In this document: positions 28,973 to 45,035 of the stretch, in pieces
Layout of the letters: each line of letters starts with the position of its first letter
Position numbering within the stretch: position 1 is the stretch's first letter
From: Chrysomallon squamiferum
Taxonomy: Eukaryota; Animalia; Mollusca
Reading direction: 5' to 3'
Length of the DNA: 64,000 nucleotides
NCBI GenBank assembly: GCA_012295275.1
Contig: CM022672.1
Span: forward strand, 12,648,001 to 12,712,000
The notes under the pieces: model-generated
Seen by the model: only the letters and a program-made list of their open reading frames with translations
What the model was told of the DNA's origin: nothing
The model's database searches: none
Translations under genes and position numbers: made by a program

Positions 28973-29899
28973 TAATTAAAAAAAAGAAAAAGAAACAAAA
29001 AGAAAGAAAAGGAAAATCTAACTAACTAAATACTAAATAATAATAATAATTTTTAAAAATCTTACAGCATTTAACACCGTCATAGTTTTCTGTTCTGGGT
29101 GAGTTCTTGAATCAAATCCACGATGTCTTCCAAAAAGTTTGAGTGCTTTGTCTGTCCATCCTTCCATCTCTTTCTGTATTCTCTCTATTTCTTCAATGTT
29201 TGACAAAACCACATCTCCTCCAAATATCTCAGCTTCCTTGGATAGAATCTGGAATAAATTACTCATATTAATAACTGTTAGTAAAGTTTTCCATTGTTTT
29301 TTTGTAAATTATTTTTTAAAATTATTTGAGTAATTTAGTTTGTCTGGATCAAATTAATAAACAAAGTAATAAAAGATTGTCATTTTAAAAAATAGTAAAT
29401 ACATTTATTTATTTATCCTACAATTACTGAACCTAGTGGCAAGACATGATGACTAAAAACATAGCTTTCTGGGACATAACTGTATTTACTTCAATAATAT
29501 ACTTTTATCTACATATGATATTCCTCTAACATACTTCTTTAATGTTTAACTGCTGCTTTAGCAGAACTTAAAACACCATTTTGAAAACTATTTTCTTTAA
29601 AAAGATAACAAACCAGTGAGTTAATAAATAAAACAGTTAATTTCATTTAGTTTATTTTTTATGTTATTTTGGATTGTAAGAAAAAAAACTGGTTACTGTC
29701 TTAAATTATCTGCTTTATCCTGCTCAGGTTGAATGACAGATGCTCCATTCTAACTTTGTGTGATAATATTCATATCCTATCACAGTAACCAGTTAGTTTC
29801 CTCCAAACACATACAAACACACACAATTTGGGGGTCTCTGCACACATATTTAAGAGAGAACCAAAAAAAAAAGTAAATAATAATAAAAAAAATAATTAA

Positions 29900-29932
<33 letters not shown>

Positions 29933-32612
29933 TAAAAAAAAATAAAAAAAAAAAAAAAAAAAAAAAATAAAATAAAATAAAATAAAATAAAATAAAATAA
30001 GGAAATTAACAACTTTATATGATATCTTATTTAAAAAAACTTTGAGATAAGAAACAAAACAGTGCAGTATTATTTCAGAAAGATCCTGAAAAAAGGTGAT
30101 TCAGTGATTCGGTTTTACTTACTTCTTCCCAATGCCTTATGTCAGTCAGAATTTTCTCCATATTCTGCTTTTCAGGAATTCTAACTAGATGTCCACTGGC
30201 ATTACTGAAATTGAGTTAAATAAATATTGCAAAAATAATATTTTTATGTATTACTAGAAGTAAATCAAACTCACTAGTATAGTTTATCTGTTTCTAGAAG
30301 CTAGTAAATACAACTCACTACTGCAGTGTATCTATTAATAAAAGTAAATTAAACTCACCAGTACAGTGTATTTTAAAGTTTAGTTAAATAACTAGTTTCT
30401 CTATTACAAGAAGTAAATTAAACTCACTAGCACAGTTTATGTATTGCTAGAAGTATATTTAACTCACTAGTAAAGTTTATCTATTAATGGAAGCTAGTAA
30501 ATTAAACTCACTAGTACAGTGTATTTTAAAGTTTAGTTAAATAACTAGTTTCTCTATTACAAGAAGTAAATTAAACTCACTAGCACAGTTTATGTATTGC
30601 TAGAAGTATATTTAACTCACTAGTAAAGTTTATCTATTAATGGAAGCTAGTAAATTAAACTCACTAGTACAGTGTATTTTAAAGTTTAGTTAAATAACTA
30701 GTTTCTCTATTACAAGAAGTAAATTAAACTCACTAGCACAGTTTATGTATTGCTAGAAGTATATTTAACTCACTAGTAAAGTTTATCTATTAATGGAAGC
30801 TAGTAAATTAAACTCACTAGTACAGTGTATTTTAAAGTTTAGTTAAATAACTAGTTTCTCTATTACAAGAAGTAAATTAAACTCACTAGCACAGTTTATG
30901 TATTGCTAGAAGTATATTTAACTCACTAGTACAGTTTATCTATTAATGGAAGCTAGTAAATTAAACTCACTAGTACAGTGTATTTTAAAGTTTAGTTAAA
31001 TAACTAGTTTCTCTATTACAAGAAGTAAATTAAACTCACTAGCACAGTTTATGTATTGCTAGAAGTATATTTAAACTCACTAGTAAAGTTTATCTATTAA
31101 TGGAAGCTAGTAAATTAAACTCACTAGTACAGTGTATTTTAAAGTTTAGTTAAATAACTAGTTTCTCTATTACAAGAAGTAAATTAAACTCACTAGCACA
31201 GTTTATGTATTGCTAGAAGTATATTTAACTCACTAGTAAAGTTTATCTATTAATGGAAGCTAGTAAATTAAACTCACTAGTACAGTGTATTTTAAAGTTT
31301 AGTTAAATAACTAGTTTCTCTATTACAAGAAGTAAATTAAACTCACTAGCACAGTTTATGTATTGCTAGAAGTATATTTAACTCACTAGTAAAGTTTATC
31401 TATTAATGGAAGCTAGTAAATTAAACTCACTAGTACAGTGTATTTTAAAGTTTAGTTAAATAACTAGTTTCTCTATTACAAGAAGTAAATTAAACTCACT
31501 AGCAGTTTATGTATTGCTAGAAGTATATTTAACTCACTAGTACAGTTTATCTATTAATAGAAGCTAGTAAATTAAACTCACTAGTACAGTGTATTTTAAA
31601 GTTTAATTAAATATCTAGTTTCTCTATTACAAGAAGTAAATTAAACTCACTAGCACAGTTTATGTATTGCTAGGAGTAAACTAAACTCACATGTACAGTT
31701 TATCTATTACTAGAAGCTAGTAAATTAAACAACTAGTACAGTTTATCTATTACTAGAAGCTAGTAAATTAAACTCACTAGTACAGTGTATCTATTACTAG
31801 AAGAAAGTAAATTAAACTCACTTATACAGTTTATCTATTACTAGAAGCTAGTAAATTAAACTCACTAGTACAGTACTATCTATTACTAGAAGCTAGTAAA
31901 TTAAACTCACTAGTACAGTGTATCTATTACTAGAAGTAAGTAAATTAAACTCACTTATACAGTTTATCTATTAATAGAAGCTAGTAAATTAAACTCACTA
32001 GCACAGTTTATGTATTGCTAGAAGTATATTTAACTCACTAGTACAGTTTATCTATTAATAGAAGCTAGTAAATTAAACTCACTAGTACAGTAATATCAAT
32101 TACTAGAAGCTAGTAAACTGAACTCACTAGTACAGTGTATCTATTACTAGAAGCTAGTAAACTGAACTCACTAGTACAGACTGTGGCATTCACTGAGACT
32201 CTGCTGTATCTGAGATCTTATTTCCTTCAGCCTCACTCTCGTCTCCTCCTCACGACGTCTCACTGCCAGGTGGAAGTCATCGATGGACTCGCGCCACGTG
32301 TCAACGTGGACCTGAAGAGCTGTCAGCATCTCCGTGTCTTTGTCACTGAGCAGCACGGTGAAATGATCTGCCAGCTTGGTCCATGCTCTCTCACACAGAT
32401 TGAGACGTTTTGCAGTGGTTAGTTTGCACTCTTCAGTTACCTGCATTGAAAAAAAAAAAAAAATAAAAAAAAAAAAAGTAGAAAAATAAATTAAAAATAA
32501 TGTAAAATAAAAGAATGAATGAATAAATAAGAAAATAAAAATAATAAATGAATATAATTAAAAAAAATTAATGAAATGAAATGAATATAAATAAATGAAT
32601 ATTAAGAAAAAA

Positions 32613-32655
<43 letters not shown>

Positions 32656-35602
32656 ATAATAATAATGATGATGATGATGATGATGATGATAAAATTATTA
32701 TACAAGAAATTCTTGAATGACACCTAATAGCCTTTACTAACATATCTAAACATGAAACTAACAGTCATCAAACAAAACATTTTTTTAATTCTGAAATAAA
32801 ATAATCTTTTGAGCTGCTGAGAAAACATAGGACTGTTTTACCTTTAGTGCCAGAGAGTACGATGCAGTACTCCACAGTTCTTTTTCCTCAGACAGCATCA
32901 CCACTTGTTTTTCAAGTCGATGTCTCTGCAGCTCATACAGGTCGTGGTACTCGGCTAGCAGACTTGTGTTCTTCTGAGCTTCAGCCAGGGCACGTTTCAG
33001 CTAGAGTAACACATACAGGTCATTGTTATTCTCAGTTACTAATTTCAAAAACAAAATCACATACAGTAATGTATTCAGCAGTTCCTTCCTTCTATAAATA
33101 TGTGTTTTTATCTTTCACTTTGTCTCAGCTGTCCTGACCATCCTTAACCCCTTTGTCTCTTTCTCACTCTTACACAAACACACACACATACACACACACA
33201 AACACACACACACACACACACACACATACACACACACTGATATGTAAAAGTTAACAAAATTTAAATACTCTTCTTTTTTTTTTATATTCACTTACATCTT
33301 CCTGGGCTTCCTGTGCTTGTCTTGTCACCTTATCATCATGCTCCTTTACAACAGTCAGTTCTCTGACAAAGTGAACACAGGCTATATGTTATCAATGATT
33401 AAAACTTCAAAAGAACATTAAAACTAAAAATGTAACCAACGTTAACACAAAAACATTTTTCAGAACTTCTATTATAAAAATGATAAGCTTTTTTTTTTTT
33501 TCTGTCTATTATATTTTCAGTTACCTGTCAATGTGTAACTATATGTTATCAATGAGTAAAACTTTATGAGAATATTAAAGATTAAAAAAACATGATATCA
33601 ATATAAAAATATTTTTCAGAACTTGAGTCTTTTATCAGAATGTTTTTATTTTATTTCAGGCTGATATATTTTCAACTATCTATCAGCATGCAAGAAAAAC
33701 TATACATTATGAATGATTAAAACTTTATGAGAATATTAAAAATCAAAAAGAAACCCATATCATAAAAATAAAATAAAAATAAAAAAAATAAAATAAAATA
33801 ACAGTATTAATACAATTGATAAATAAAAAAAAAAAAATAAAAAAAAAAGAACAAAATAATGACCACAAAGCTAATAAAATTAATTAGCTGTTACTTATGG
33901 GTTTCAGGATTTTTTAAATTTCCTTTACCACCTTTGAAAGATATACATACTGATTATTTAAAAGTATTTTTAAACTGGCTTACTGAGTAAGAAAGCTGAT
34001 GGTTGCTTTGAATCTCAACAACTCCTCAGTCAGCCTTCTGTCCAGAGCCCTCTGTGCCATTACCTCCTCATGAAGACTGGAAAAAGAGTAGAAAAACACA
34101 ATTAAATTTTTATACTTACAACATAACAAAAACAATAAATAAATCAATCAATAAAAGAAAATAAAACAAAGTAAAAGAAGATGCAACAAAAGAAAATTCT
34201 ACAAAATGTAACAAGGTTTTAAAAAAAAAAAAAAAAAAAATTAAATATTTTCTTTCCTATAGTTTTCACCATTGTTTTTTTTACTTAGTTTTTTTTCTTC
34301 TTATAATGAACATAAACTATACAAATTCAAGCTTCCATACATTCATACACCAACTGAAATATTCATGCAATCACACACATATTCTAATGCACACAAATAT
34401 AAACTGATATACATACACATACTTTACACACACAAACATACACACACAGACTGGCAGAGAGAAGTAAGTTCAGTTGTCATATGAACCTTTTGATCTGTAT
34501 GGGAATTCTACTGAGAAGATCTGAGTATTTCTGACGAATGGCAGATAACAGTTCTCCTCTCTCAGCACACTCCACAGTTACCTAAAAACAAAATGATCAG
34601 TTATAATCAGATATACTATTAGAGTAATTATAATTACAACAAATAAATAAATAAATAACATTTTAAAAAGCATATATATAAAAAATTAAAAAAATTAAAA
34701 AAAATTATTATAACATTAATGTCTATAGTTAGGAATGTATTTATTTTTGAATATAACTAATACATACAAATTTTACTGTAATATAAACGTTTTCCATTTC
34801 TTTTATACATTACTTAATCTATCATTATGGTGCACCTTCCCACAAACAGAAAACACTTAGCATGTTATACTTAATATTCACTGACAGGGACAGTTTGGAA
34901 TGGGTCTTAGCCCAGTGAGCAAACAAAAGAACAATGATGATTACATACAAATCATCATGTTTCAGATGTAAACTCTTAATGACTGAATTACTTTCAACTT
35001 GTTTATCTCATGATTACTTTATTATGAACAATGATAAGTGACTAAAAACAATTAAACATTAAATATTAACTTGGAAGAATAAGGAATTTTATAAGACCAT
35101 TTATTATTACTGCCACAGGGGTGTCATGATACTGTCATAAATTTAGAACAGTTTTTATTTATTATTTTCAGGTACTCACCTGTCTGATGACTTCATGGAA
35201 AATAACATTGTAGATATTTTGTTCTTTCTTGATTAGCTCCAGTATATTGTGCATCTAAAAAATTATTTAACTTAATTTTTTTTTTTTAAATAAAGAATAT
35301 AAACATGAATGAAAAAGCTAATATAATATAATCCACCTGTTAACATTATTTACATTTACAAAAGTAGAATATGTAATTTGTTTTACATCATTTTCTGTTT
35401 TAAAAATAGATATTGCACTGATGATAATCATTATTTTATTTTTCATTATAATGAAATTTGTTTCATCTTCAAGATTTTTTTTCCACAACAATAGCAATAT
35501 CTATGTAAATTGACAGGCTTTTTTGTTTGTTATTATCATCATCAACATCAGTATTATTAGAGATATTATTATTAACACTATCATTATAAATATCATTATT
35601 AC

Positions 35603-35695
<93 letters not shown>

Positions 35696-36811
35696 GTATT
35701 TACCTGAGTAGGTCCTTGGTTTTCTATTTCCAAATCATTAATCCCCAATTTATCCAGCATGTCTTCAAAAGATTTTTTAAGCTGTACTACTTCATATCTA
35801 CTTCCAGGTTTCCTATTACATTAATAATAATTAGAAAAACATTAGCAGAATTAGTCAAATAAAACATCACACTGTTTATAATGAACAAAATATTCACTAA
35901 AAAAAAAAAGTAATATTATATACAAATTTTTAAAGCATTTGTTAGCTTATGGAAGAAAGGAACACACAAAGAGCTGGTTTTTAAGATGGCAATAAAAATG
36001 TAATTTGAGATGAAAACAAAAAAATTAAAAATTAATAAATAAATATGTGTAAAATATAGCATTTTTATCATTTTATTATGTCATAGTAATCAGATAATAA
36101 TAATAAAATTAATTATTTAGCGTAAAAAACTTGAATTTAGTAAACTTTGTAAACCTTGTGATTGTAAACAAATGTTTACTTACAAGGATGGAAACAAAAC
36201 CAGATGTTTTTCATGATCTTCAGGCTGTGTTGTAAACTGACTGAAAAATTAAAATTAATATAAATGCAATTAAATGGTCACAGAGATAGAACACATACCA
36301 CAATCAAATTATTACTGTCATTCCATATTATACTAAAACAAATATTCCCTTGAAAAGTTAAGGTATATTTAAAAAATAAATAGATCACTCGCATACAAAC
36401 AACAACAACAACGACCATAATAATAATATTAAATAATAAAAAATAAAAATAAATAAAAAAGGAATAAAGAAAATGCTATACCCTGTAATTCAGTGACTGG
36501 CTGACTCACACATACAGACTGACTTTCTCACACACACACACACATGCATGCACGCAAAAACATACCCCCACACAAACAGAGTACAATCATATTTGTAACT
36601 TCTATATAAACCAAAATTAAATACATTTAATGCTACAACCACAATGATTTTGTCTAAATAATATTATAATAAAATTTTATATGCTGATATTCTTACTCTT
36701 CAACATATTCAATACCCATGACTCCACGATTCTTAACAATGTGATATTCGCTAGGAAGAAGTGTGTCTGGTAACTGAAGAGGCTGAAAAAAAATTAAAAA
36801 TTAAAATATTA

Positions 36812-36850
<39 letters not shown>

Positions 36851-38567
36851 ATACGTCACATTAAAAATATATAAATAAATAAAATATATAAATTACATCT
36901 AAATCAAATATCTATAAAACTACATAAAAACTATTTAAAATTTAAAATTACCACTATTGCTATTAATGTTGAAATGTTTACATTTTCTTAGAAATTTTTA
37001 ATATAATTAATTACCTATTATATGTACACACACACACACACACACACACACTTACATATTTTAAATTCAGTTCAACAAAACACCCCATTTTATGTTGTTA
37101 TTATTTTTATTATTTATTTATTTATTTAATTTTATATATTTCATTTTATTGACAAGCATTAATGTGACACCCAGTAGCCAGTATTTCCTTTTATTCAGAT
37201 AGTGCTGCAAATTTATTCCTTTATTCAAAACATAACAAAGAATAACATTTTAAAGAATGTAAATAATAAAATAAAATTAACACCTTACCTTGTGTTGCTT
37301 CTTTTCAGCATCTCTTCTTATCACACTTGGATCAACTGTGTCAGGTTTATCTCCTGTAACACCTTGGTTGGGGACATCATACAAAAATGAGATATCTCTA
37401 AAAAAATATAATAATAATAAAATAATAAATAAATAAATTTAAATTAAATAAAAGAACTTAATCTGTGTTGGAAAGTAGAGTTAACAAAAATAAAATAACA
37501 GTAATTTAAAACCAAATCAACAAAAATTAAAAAATGTTTTTATAAATAACAGTAAATAAGTAATGATCTCAGAAAATTTTAGGTTCTTTTTTGCTGTAAG
37601 CAACTGATGAAAAATAATCTATATTTGCTTTGTCAAAAGATGTTTTGCACTGTTGATGTGATATTACACACAGGTGGCTACAATAAACAGATGTGTTCTA
37701 AAGCAGAATCGGGAAGAGCATTAAAAAAAAAAAAAAAAAAAAAAAATGTATACATATTTATGTAGATTTTTAATAATTAAACAAAGCAAAAAACTTCCAG
37801 TATGTTAAAGACCTTTTAAGTTTTATTTTATTTATTCTTTTTTCATCATTCTTCATTGTGAAGCATAGGCCAGATATATTTCATGTGAATGGAAATATAT
37901 ACACGTATGGATACAAATAATCCAGTTAAGGCAGAAAACTTCTGGAAACTATACAGCTACAGAAATCAAGCATATGGTAGTATTTTAAAGAATGCTGAAA
38001 TTTCAAGGTACCTTCCTGCTCCACAAATACAAGGAATGTTTTCACTTAGATGTTTAAACTTCTCTTTTCTTTTGTAACTCCATAAGTTGTCTGGTGCTGG
38101 CCGAGAAGGAATCTAAATCAGAGAGCAAAAATATCCCATTTAAATATTTGTTTTAAATTATTTTAGATAATATGAAAATGTCAGTTGTGGGTAGAAAATA
38201 AGATGTATAAATATATATTTTTTGAAATTGTTGATAATATTAATTTCCATAATTTTTGTTTCTCATGCCAATTAAAAAAAAATTTCTTTTTTTTAATTGA
38301 TAAATATGTTATTAATTAACAGGAAAATTTAATATTATGCTTTCAAACCTACATTTTCTAACATCATTGATAATCTTAAAAAGTAGCTAGATTTTAAAAT
38401 AATAAAATATTTCCATTGCTCTTTATTACAAATGCACTATGCTGGAATGATTTTCATTAATGAGGCTTCTTTTCTTTTCTTTTCTTTTTTTCGCTAATAT
38501 GTATAAAACAAAGATTAATGTGTAAAATGATATTTTACTTTTTATTAAAAAAAATTATAATAATAAC

Positions 38568-38598
<31 letters not shown>

Positions 38599-39298
38599 TA
38601 AATTATAAAAAGAAATAAGTTATGTAAATTCAATTAAAAAGATAATCTTGAAAACCCCACCAAAAAATCCCAACAATCAGTAATACACACACGTTCTATT
38701 ATTAATTTTATTTTATCTGTTTTTAATATTTTAAATAAAAATTTTGACTAAATAAATAATTTGTTAAACCAATGAATTATAAACAAGTACACTCACTGAA
38801 GACACATTGAGACTTTTGCTTCCTGGTGGCTTTATTCTGTCTTTGACAGCAGGTGACTGAGTGAGAGCAAAAAGCAACTCATCAGGTAGGAAATCACTTT
38901 GCAAGGAAGTAGGTAAAGGCTTGGTTTTGTCTATGGCAGTTGAACTGGATTTCAGCTCAGGCAGAACACCTAAAAGTTCGTATTATAATTAAAACGTGAT
39001 TTCTCTTACTGTTTATTAACTTATACATAATTAGATTTATCTTCCTAGGAAATAAAAATTTATCATATTTATATTATTGGTAAAAAAAAAAATAAAGAAT
39101 AAAAGAATAATTCTTTAACAGAAAAATAAAATAACAAATACTTTTTAATGGCTTAATTCACAATACAGTTTGTTTATATTCTATTTTAACTGAATTATTA
39201 AAATAATAATTTAAATATAGATGTTCAACTTAAATTTGAATATTTATAGCCAAGGTTTCATGCAGTTTTTACCATAGTTATTTACTGAAAAACAAAAC

Positions 39299-39340
<42 letters not shown>

Positions 39341-39527
39341 GTAGTAGTAGTATTAGTAGTAGTAGTAGTAGTAGTAGTAGTAGCAGTAATAAAAGTAATA
39401 ATAATAATTTTATCTATTTACTCTTACTCTGCTGTGATAAAACAGACTTGTTTTCATCTGGGGATTTCTTCCCTTCAATTGTATCTGGAGCCATTGGCTC
39501 CTGTCTTCTTGCAACAACAGTGGTCAT
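22020..39527 (-). CDS. AXDND1: Axonemal dynein light chain domain-containing protein 1 (~1175 aa, 25 coding exons; one 1-bp frameshift in exon 24012-24472)
   Basis: Exons (high-low): 39527-39428, 38969-38797, 38112-38012, 37397-37289, 36782-36697, 36240-36184, 35812-35704, 35254-35180, 34581-34487, 34076-33984, 33362-33296, 33000-32842, 32440-32172, 30204-30123, 29248-29066, 28628-28577, 28180-27964, 27143-27050, 26599-26409, 25744-25648, 25190-24969, 24472-24012 (or -24096), 23711-23637, 22949-22849, 22278-22020. All are GT-AG with matching phases. Peptides [62 protein letters not shown] and LLSDKDTEML resemble human AXDND1 as I recall it ([52 protein letters not shown]). Confidence 0.92.
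24203..24310 (-). repeat. 18-bp coding repeat (6 x AETPKP-like hexapeptide) in an AXDND1 exon
   Basis: AETPKP AETPTP AETPKP AETPKS TETPKS AEMPIT in the ORF track. Confidence 0.9.
24518..24972 (-). repeat. ~26-bp minisatellite (~18 copies) built from the AXDND1 donor junction ATCA|GTAAGTGTGACTGTAATGATTC
   Basis: Plus-strand unit ACAGTCAYACTTACTGATGAATCATT fills almost the whole 496-bp intron and is continuous with the real donor at 24968. Confidence 0.92.
26112..26365. repeat. Degenerate pentanucleotide (AAATG/AAGTA/AAGTG) simple repeat in an AXDND1 intron
   Basis: Repeated AAATGAAGTRAA units. Confidence 0.8.
30245..32180 (-). repeat. Intronic satellite of ~40-44-bp monomers containing the AXDND1 donor junction; central part is 9 copies of a 153-bp higher-order repeat
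   Basis: Marker GTATTTTAAAGTTTA recurs at 30368, 30521, 30674, 30827, 30980, 31134, 31287, 31440 and 31591. The monomer core AACTCACTAGTACAG is identical to the real junction at 32165-32179. Confidence 0.95.
33355..33770 (-). repeat. ~160-bp diverged tandem triplication beginning at an AXDND1 acceptor site
   Basis: CTATAYRTTAT.AATGA.TAAAACTT...GAAYATTAAA recurs at ~33382, ~33539 and ~33700. Confidence 0.75.
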
Positions 39528-39676
39528 AATGTTTTATTTATGACAAAAACCTCTGTGATATTAACATCATCTGTAATCAATCAAAAATAACAACAAAACT
39601 AATAATATAAATAATAGTAATAAGAAGAACAACAACAACAATAAGAACAAATTCTGTTTACTCTTAGTCTTATTCT

Positions 39677-39732
<56 letters not shown>

Positions 39733-40126
39733 TGAAATATGCTAGTTATATTTTAAAGGTTCTATACTGTAAATATTAACGTATCTGACTTTTGAGTCAA
39801 CATACTGTTATATCACACTGTATATATATTTTTTATCACTAAGTACATCTGATGTTTATTCTGAAAAAAAGAGCAATAGTTCAATCCGTGTGTGCATATG
39901 TATACACACACACACACACACACACACACGATTATCAGTAAAAAAAAATACGAAATTGAATCACTACGAAAACACAGCAATGGTGAACATTATGACAGAA
40001 AAAATGAAAATACAGCCTTTAAATATAAAGTTCAAAAGAAAAGCTTATAAGTTCTTAAATTATTGTCTTTAAAAAACTGAAATTAATCATTAACGATGTG
40101 CTAAATAATTATTCTTACTTACTTAC

Positions 40127-40200
40127 TTTAAATTAAACATTATTTCGTTATTACATAATCTCTGCAAACTCTCAAAGCTTTATCAGTCGCCATGGAAAAC
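40127..40200 (-). other. AXDND1: Probable non-coding first exon of AXDND1
   Basis: Donor AAA|GTAAGTAAGTAAG at 40126. The first coding exon has an acceptor TTACAG| at 39571 and an in-frame TGA upstream of the ATG at 39527, so an upstream UTR exon is required. The 5' end is not defined. Confidence 0.55.
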
Positions 40201-40242
40201 GGAAACGGAAATAGAGTACTCGTAGTTATCAAAATAACCAAA

Positions 40243-40250
<8 letters not shown>
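40186..40250. promoter_or_regulatory. Compact bidirectional promoter AXDND1/SURF2 with RFX X-box-like, tandem ETS and YY1 motifs
   Basis: GTCGCCATGGAAAAC (40186-40200) resembles the X-box GTTGCCATGGCAAC. CGGAAACGGAAAT (40200-40212) holds two ETS GGAA cores. CAAAATGGCTGC overlapping the SURF2 ATG matches the YY1 motif. The region is locally CpG-enriched. Confidence 0.65.
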
Positions 40251-43604
<3,354 letters not shown>

Positions 43605-45035
43605 ATTCAGTTATAACTAATGCTTGCTGCATACATGTGATTCATCTGATTCTAATTTACTTAATAAAATGAATTGCAAACATGCAATTTCCTTTGCCTT
43701 TTGTCTTTATATGTCACATTATATGGGACAGGTTATAACATGTATTAATAATAATATACATTTTTATTTTTGGGGACCTGTTACTCTTAAATTAATTTGT
43801 TCAATAAGGAATATGTATACAGTAATAACTAAATAAATCATGTTTTAATAGATATGTTAGGTGTCATCAGCACTGGATGATAATCAGTGAAAAAAACAAC
43901 TCATGCATTGTGTAGGAAACAAAACAAAAAAAATGTCACTTATCTTTTTATCTTCTAATTCATTACAGAATGTTTTAATGACACCTTTGAGATGACGTAA
44001 TGCCTTTCCTCTATTTTGAGAAAAAACAAAAAAATAAATATTTTATCTTTTTAAAAAATAGATAATTTTTATTGAGCTCATTTAAAATGACTGGTTATCA
44101 AAATGATTTCTTGGTAACAAATGATGCATTTATACAAGTTTTATACATTAACATAATCACATACAAATTCAAGCACATCAAACAACATTTTATATTGTTA
44201 AACAACTGTACAAATAACAAAAGTAACAATCGAAACAAAATTTGGAAATGATTTTGAATGTGCACAATCTTTCTTCGTGTTCTGTGGTTATGGAAATCTT
44301 TGCTGCAGCCATTTAACTGACAGTTTAGCTAGTTACAAGTATCTGTGTGTGCACACTTCACAGGATTGAAGCTATGCATCATTTTAAATGTTAATTGTTC
44401 TTCAAATGTAACACAACATTTTGTTTAATCACAGTGGCCATTCAAATGTAAGTCTCAGTTTGCTCTCATTATAAAGAGTTTTTATTTTTATATGTTATTT
44501 TATTTCTTTGCTTACTGGCCAGTTTTATAGATAATAATACTAGCTTGATCAGTGATCATTTTAAGGTAAACACCTGTAGATGAAAATACCTACACCATCA
44601 AACTGTAAAATAGGCTTAATGAAACTTTCATGGTTCTACTTTTCTTCAAAATCACTGTTTTTTTTCTTTTTTGGTCTTTGTTAACATTATGATCACATTA
44701 TCACAAAACACTCCTCAGCAAATTTCTTTCTCACTGTCACAACCAATGCAAGGTTCATTTGTGTCCAGCAAGATACTTTGGTTTACCAACTCCTGTCTTT
44801 GAATAAGTGTAAACAATAAACAATAACCCAGCAACAATACTGAGAGTTTGGCATGTTCGTTGATAAAAAGAAATCTATCTTTCATTAGCACTTATTTTGA
44901 CAGCTTCAGGTGTTAATGTTTGTCAGCACAGTGTACTGCGAACACTTTACAGCCCATCTCCACCCACCCCGAAATGTCCAAGCAATTTAATTGCACTGCT
45001 GTAGCAAACAGCTGCCAGTTTTTAAATTAGTTTTC

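Noticed and set aside
30245-32180. CRISPR-like regularly spaced repeats
   Set aside because: The intervening sequences are themselves repeated (no unique spacers), the array lies in a eukaryotic intron, and there are no cas genes.
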